From an uncultured Nitrospirota bacterium (GTDB lineage Bacteria; CG2-30-53-67): a stretch of DNA of 64,000 nucleotides. Numbering within the stretch: position 1 is the first letter of the stretch; every line of letters starts with the position of its first letter. Location of the stretch: positions 24,475 to 88,474 of the forward strand of contig CAYZZU010000005.1 in assembly GCA_964483105.1 (NCBI GenBank). The letters run 5' to 3'. The translations under genes and the position numbers were made by a program. The notes below the pieces were generated by a model. The model was not told the DNA's origin, made no database searches, and was given only the letters and a program-made list of their open reading frames with translations. This document shows positions 59,944-64,000 of the stretch, piece by piece.

Positions 59944-61469
59944 CCCTGACATTCCCGATGTGGCCGGTCTATCTCGTGGATATGGGGGGGAGCGTGATTT
60001 CTCTCCTGATTGCCGCGGGCTGCGTGGCCGAGGCCCGGCGTCTCTTCCGCAAAGACCGGACCCATCCCCTCTGGACCTATTTTTTATGGATTTCCATGAC
60101 GCTGGCGGTCTTCACGCTCTGCCGTTCCTCCGGTCATATTGTGAAATATCTTCTGATCGTATCGGGACACCGCGCCTTCTGGCATCGGATTTCGCCGATC
60201 AGCGGCGCGGTCAACTCCATCACCTTTGTCGTCGTGGGGGCACTGACCTTTTATTATGAAAGGATTCGGGTCAGCTACAGGGTGCTTCGCGAGGAGCGGA
60301 ACCGGATCCGGAAGTCGGAGGCGCGGCTGGCGGAGGCCCATGATAAGATTACCCGCCTGCTCAAGGAGGTCGGTTCCGACGGGGATCTCTCCCTGCGCTA
60401 CGCCAATCCCTCCCTGATTCCCTGCTGGGAGATCAAAGGGTGCCGCGAGGAGAAATGCCCCGCCTATGGTTCGGAGAACTACCGCTGCTGGCATATCGCC
60501 ATGGGCTTTTGTTGTCCTTCAGGTGGAGGGGAAGAAAACGCCTTCCAGTGTGAAGAGTGTGAAATCTACCATGAGGCGCACAGGGACCCGATTCAGAGGG
60601 TGGGTGAACAGTTCAACGACATGATGTTCTTCCTGGAAAAACGCTCCAATGAACTGAAGGAGGTCAACCGGAGATTACGGGAGATCGACCGGAAGAAGAC
60701 CCGTTTCCTCGATGTGGTGGCCCATGATATCCGGACCCCGCTGACGTCGATCCTCTCCTACGCCGATCTCCTGCTCCGGTATCAGTCCGAATCCGTGGAG
60801 ACCCGGAACGAGTTTTTGAAGACCATCATCCACGAGAGCAACCGGCTCGCCGAACTGGTCAACGACTATCTCGATCTTTCCCGGATCGAATCGGGTTTGA
60901 TGGAATACAAAATCATGCCTCTGGATTTTCACGAGGTGGTCCAAGAGGCGATCGCGGTTCATTCCAGCACCGCGCGTCAGAAGAAGATCGAAATTCAGGA
61001 TTCGATCGGGGATGGTTCCCTTCCTTTGGAAGGCGATCCGAAAAGACTGATCCAGGTGATGAGCAATCTCCTGGGAAATGCCGTCAAGTTTACCCCTCCC
61101 GGAGGGAAGATTGAAATCGAAGGATCGCTCTCACCGGACGGGAAGACGGTCCGGATCGCCGTCCTGGACACCGGCCCGGGGATTCCGGAGGATCATCTGC
61201 AGAAGATCTTTCAGACCTTTGTCCAGGTCCAGGAAGGGCGGCTGCACTCCGTCGGAGGGTCCGGTCTGGGGCTTTCCATCTGCTGGGAGATTGTCGGTTT
61301 CCATGGGGGCAGGATCTGGGCCTCGAACCGGGAAGAAGGGGGAGCCGCCTTCCACCTGACTCTTCCGGCCACGCATCCGGATGATACCCCCTCCTCTGAA
61401 TCGGAGCCCATCAGGAGCAGCAGGGGCTCACCGTCCATACCCCCGGAAAAGGGTTCCGCCTCGGGATGA
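59940..61469 (+). CDS. sensor histidine kinase with N-terminal TM helices and a Cys-rich putative metal or redox-sensing module
   Basis: The HisKA motif is VVAHDIRTPL and the HATPase region is GSGLGLSICWEIV. Between the membrane region and the coiled coil lies CWEIKGCREEKCPAY...YRCWHIAMGFCCPSGGGEENAFQCEECEIYHEAH. Confidence 0.75.
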   Translation: MTLTFPMWPVYLVDMGGSVISLLIAAGCVAEARRLFRKDRTHPLWTYFLWISMTLAVFTLCRSSGHIVKYLLIVSGHRAFWHRISPISGAVNSITFVVVGALTFYYERIRVSYRVLREERNRIRKSEARLAEAHDKITRLLKEVGSDGDLSLRYANPSLIPCWEIKGCREEKCPAYGSENYRCWHIAMGFCCPSGGGEENAFQCEECEIYHEAHRDPIQRVGEQFNDMMFFLEKRSNELKEVNRRLREIDRKKTRFLDVVAHDIRTPLTSILSYADLLLRYQSESVETRNEFLKTIIHESNRLAELVNDYLDLSRIESGLMEYKIMPLDFHEVVQEAIAVHSSTARQKKIEIQDSIGDGSLPLEGDPKRLIQVMSNLLGNAVKFTPPGGKIEIEGSLSPDGKTVRIAVLDTGPGIPEDHLQKIFQTFVQVQEGRLHSVGGSGLGLSICWEIVGFHGGRIWASNREEGGAAFHLTLPATHPDDTPSSESEPIRSSRGSPSIPPEKGSASG

Positions 61470-61608
61470 CTTCGGAATTTCCCGGGATTGTGAAGAACAA
61501 CACCCGTTCGACTTCGGGTCCTCCTCGATTTGATGTGGAAATTCTTTTGACAAATCAGACCGGTTTGGAATAATATCGTTTGATTTTTGGGGAAAGAGGA
61601 GGATCTCG

Positions 61609-63411
61609 TTGACCGGTCGGATTCGGAATTTCTCGATTATTGCTCATATCGATCATGGCAAGTCGACGCTGGCCGACCGGATTCTGGAACAGACCGGCGC
61701 CCTGGACGAGCGGGAACGGGTGGACCAGTTTCTGGACCAGATGGATATCGAGCGGGAACGGGGGATCACCATCAAGGCCCAGACCGTTCGGATCCTGTAC
61801 ACGGCCCGGGACCGGAAGGAATACTGCCTGAACCTGATTGATACTCCGGGACACGTGGATTTCAATTATGAGGTCTCCCGGAGCCTGGCCGCCTGTGAAG
61901 GGGCCCTTCTCGTTGTGGATGCCTCGCAGGGGGTGGAGGCCCAGACCGTGGGGAACGTCTATCTGGCGATCGATCACAATCTGGAAATCATTCCCGTCCT
62001 GAACAAGATCGACCTTGCGAGCGCGGATATCGAAGGAACCCGCAGGGAGATCGAGGAGGTCATCGGTCTGGATGCCTCGCGGGCGATTCCGGTGAGCGCC
62101 AAGGAGGGGACCGGTATCGACGAGGTGCTGGAGGCGGTCGTTCAGCGGATTCCTCCTCCGTCGGGGAACCCGGAGGCCCCTTTGTCGGCGCTGATCTTCG
62201 ATTCCTGGTTCGACTCCTATCTGGGGACGGTGGCGTTGATCCGGGTTGTGGACGGGTGGATTGCGCCCGGTATGAAGATCCGGATGATGTCGACGGGGAA
62301 GGAATACGAAGTGCAGCAGATCGGCGTGTTTACGCCGCACCCGACCCGCGTGGACCGGCTTTCCGTGGGGGACGTGGGATTCGTGATGGCGGGGATTAAA
62401 AATGTCTCCGATACCCGGATCGGCGATACGATCACCGGGACCGACCGTCCCGCGAAGTTCCCGCTCCCCGGTTTCAAGCAGGTTAAGCCGATGGTTTTCG
62501 CCGGGCTCTATCCGGTGGACAGTAACGATTATAAACCCCTGAAAGAGGCACTGGACAAACTGCGGCTCAATGATTCTTCCTTCAACTATGAACCGGAGAC
62601 ATCGAATGCCCTCGGTTTCGGATTCCGGTGCGGTTTTCTGGGTCTGCTTCACATGGAAATCATCCAGGAACGTCTGGAGAGGGAGTTTTCCATCCCCCTG
62701 ATCACCACCTCACCGACCGTGGTTTATGAGGTGGTACTCAAGTCCGCTGAAAAGCGGATGATCGAGAATCCTTCCCATTTGCCGCCATCCCATCAGATCG
62801 AGACGATCCGGGAACCGGTGATTCTGGCTACGATCATGATTCCGTCAAACTTTCTGGGAGCCGTGATCACCCTCGCGCAGGAAAGGCGGGGAATCCAGAA
62901 GGGGATTGAATACCATGGCGTTAATCGCGTCTCAATCCGGTATGAGCTTCCCCTGAACGAGGTGGTGGTGGATTTTTTCGATCGCCTCAAGTCGGTCAGC
63001 CGGGGGTACGCCTCCCTGGATTACGAATGGAGCGGGTACCGGGAGGCGAAGATGGTCCGGCTCGACATTCTGATCAACGGAGAGATGGTGGACGCCCTTT
63101 CGGTGATCGTGCACAGGGACCGTGCCTATACCCGTGGTCGAAGACTCGCGGAGGCGCTGAAAAAGATCATTCCGCGTCAACTGTATGAGGTGGTCATTCA
63201 GGCGGCCGTGGGAAGCAAAGTGATTGCCCGGGAGAGCATCTCCGCGCTCCGGAAAAATGTGACCGCGAAATGCTACGGTGGAGATATCACCCGGAAACGA
63301 AAACTGCTCGAGAAGCAGAAGGAAGGGAAAAAGCGGATGAAGAGCGTGGGACGGGTGGAAATCCCCCAGGAGGCCTTTATGTCCGTGCTTCGAATGGAAA
63401 AGGATGGATAG
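61609..63411 (+). CDS. lepA: elongation factor 4
   Basis: [22 protein letters not shown] is present, the protein is 600 aa, and lepB lies downstream. Confidence 0.95.
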   Translation: MTGRIRNFSIIAHIDHGKSTLADRILEQTGALDERERVDQFLDQMDIERERGITIKAQTVRILYTARDRKEYCLNLIDTPGHVDFNYEVSRSLAACEGALLVVDASQGVEAQTVGNVYLAIDHNLEIIPVLNKIDLASADIEGTRREIEEVIGLDASRAIPVSAKEGTGIDEVLEAVVQRIPPPSGNPEAPLSALIFDSWFDSYLGTVALIRVVDGWIAPGMKIRMMSTGKEYEVQQIGVFTPHPTRVDRLSVGDVGFVMAGIKNVSDTRIGDTITGTDRPAKFPLPGFKQVKPMVFAGLYPVDSNDYKPLKEALDKLRLNDSSFNYEPETSNALGFGFRCGFLGLLHMEIIQERLEREFSIPLITTSPTVVYEVVLKSAEKRMIENPSHLPPSHQIETIREPVILATIMIPSNFLGAVITLAQERRGIQKGIEYHGVNRVSIRYELPLNEVVVDFFDRLKSVSRGYASLDYEWSGYREAKMVRLDILINGEMVDALSVIVHRDRAYTRGRRLAEALKKIIPRQLYEVVIQAAVGSKVIARESISALRKNVTAKCYGGDITRKRKLLEKQKEGKKRMKSVGRVEIPQEAFMSVLRMEKDG

Positions 63412-63492
63412 GTTGTTTCCGGATGTTCTTTTTGTCCCGGACACGGATGGTGGGGAGAACTTTCCCTTAATTCATTGAAGGATGGTGTGAAG

Positions 63493-64000
63493 ATGGGTGC
63501 CAAGCAGATTGAAAAAACAGTGAAGAAATCATTCTGGCGGGAAAACATCGAAGCGATTCTGATTGCCGTGGTTCTCGCGCTGTTCATACGGACCTTCGTG
63601 GTTCAGGCCTTCAAGATTCCTTCAGGGTCCATGCTGGAAACCCTTCAGATCGGAGACCATATCCTGGTCAACAAGTTTATTTATGGAACCCACATTCCGT
63701 TTACGGATCTGGTCATTCTGCCTGTGCGGGAACCGGAGAGGGGAGACATCGTGGTCTTCAAATACCCGATGGATGAGAAGCGGGATTTCATCAAGCGGCT
63801 GATCGGTCTGCCCGGGGATACCATCGAGATCAAGAACAAGATTGTCTACGTGAACGGCAAACGGTTGAAAGACCCCTACGTGTCGCACCGAAACAGCCGG
63901 ATCATTCCGGGTCCCAGGGACAATTTCGGCCCCGTCACCGTTCCGAAGGATTCCTATTTCATGATGGGAGACAATCGGGACGGAAGTTTTGACAGCCGCT
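63493..64000 (+). CDS. lepB: signal peptidase I (3' end cut by the window edge)
   Basis: A TM helix is followed by the catalytic Ser box IPSGSMLETL and GDHILVNKF. Confidence 0.85.
   Translation, partial: MGAKQIEKTVKKSFWRENIEAILIAVVLALFIRTFVVQAFKIPSGSMLETLQIGDHILVNKFIYGTHIPFTDLVILPVREPERGDIVVFKYPMDEKRDFIKRLIGLPGDTIEIKNKIVYVNGKRLKDPYVSHRNSRIIPGPRDNFGPVTVPKDSYFMMGDNRDGSFDSR

Noticed and set aside
1-64000. A search for a mobile element, prophage, CRISPR array or defence island.
   Set aside because: I saw no integrase, transposase, recombinase or phage structural motifs, and no regularly spaced direct repeats. The only large-scale repetition is the intragenic module array of the 41-heme cytochrome and the paralog tracts in the OmcS-like pair.

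Overview
This is a roughly 64 kb, high-GC (about 60%) bacterial chromosomal segment from a Gram-negative-type cell; the envelope calls (LptE, an outer-membrane beta-barrel, a TolB-like protein) are consistent with that. All annotations below rest on motif recognition from the translated ORFs, not on database searches. The first ~19 kb is an accessory-looking locus densely packed with secreted c-type cytochromes. It holds four hexaheme cytochromes whose CxxCH pattern matches my recollection of the Geobacter OmcS nanowire cytochrome family, two of them in tandem. It also holds a decaheme cytochrome, a tetraheme cytochrome and a giant 41-heme cytochrome of 1049 aa. These are interleaved with three NHL-repeat beta-propeller proteins, a PD40/TolB-like beta-propeller lipoprotein, an outer-membrane beta-barrel, and two paralogous small lipoproteins that look like CsgG or TolB N-terminal domain proteins. 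The locus sits immediately downstream of a truncated sigma54 enhancer-binding protein gene and a textbook sigma54 promoter, and a receiver-only response regulator gene flanks it on the other side. I read it as a candidate extracellular electron transfer module, combining cytochrome nanowires with a porin-cytochrome conduit. The rest of the window is largely housekeeping: an AsmA-family YdbH-like protein with a YnbE/YdbL-like partner, TrkA/CPA2 K+ transport genes, a TauE/SafE exporter, tRNA-Leu-tig-clpP-clpX-engB, a cyclophilin, an alpha-glucan phosphorylase, a MetE-core-like protein, an HD-GYP protein, an FMN riboswitch followed by ribD-ribE-ribBA-ribH-nusB, a Bacillus-like purB-purC-purS-purQ-purL-purF block, a sugar nucleotidyltransferase, leuS-lptE, a BioF/Kbl-like enzyme plus an SDR, an MtaB-like radical-SAM enzyme, a sensor kinase with a Cys-rich module, and lepA-lepB. 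I saw no transposases, integrases, CRISPR arrays or rRNA. Gene starts in this GC-rich DNA are uncertain by a few codons, and some of the provided ORF starts are TTG or GTG extensions that I trimmed to the first ATG with a ribosome-binding site.
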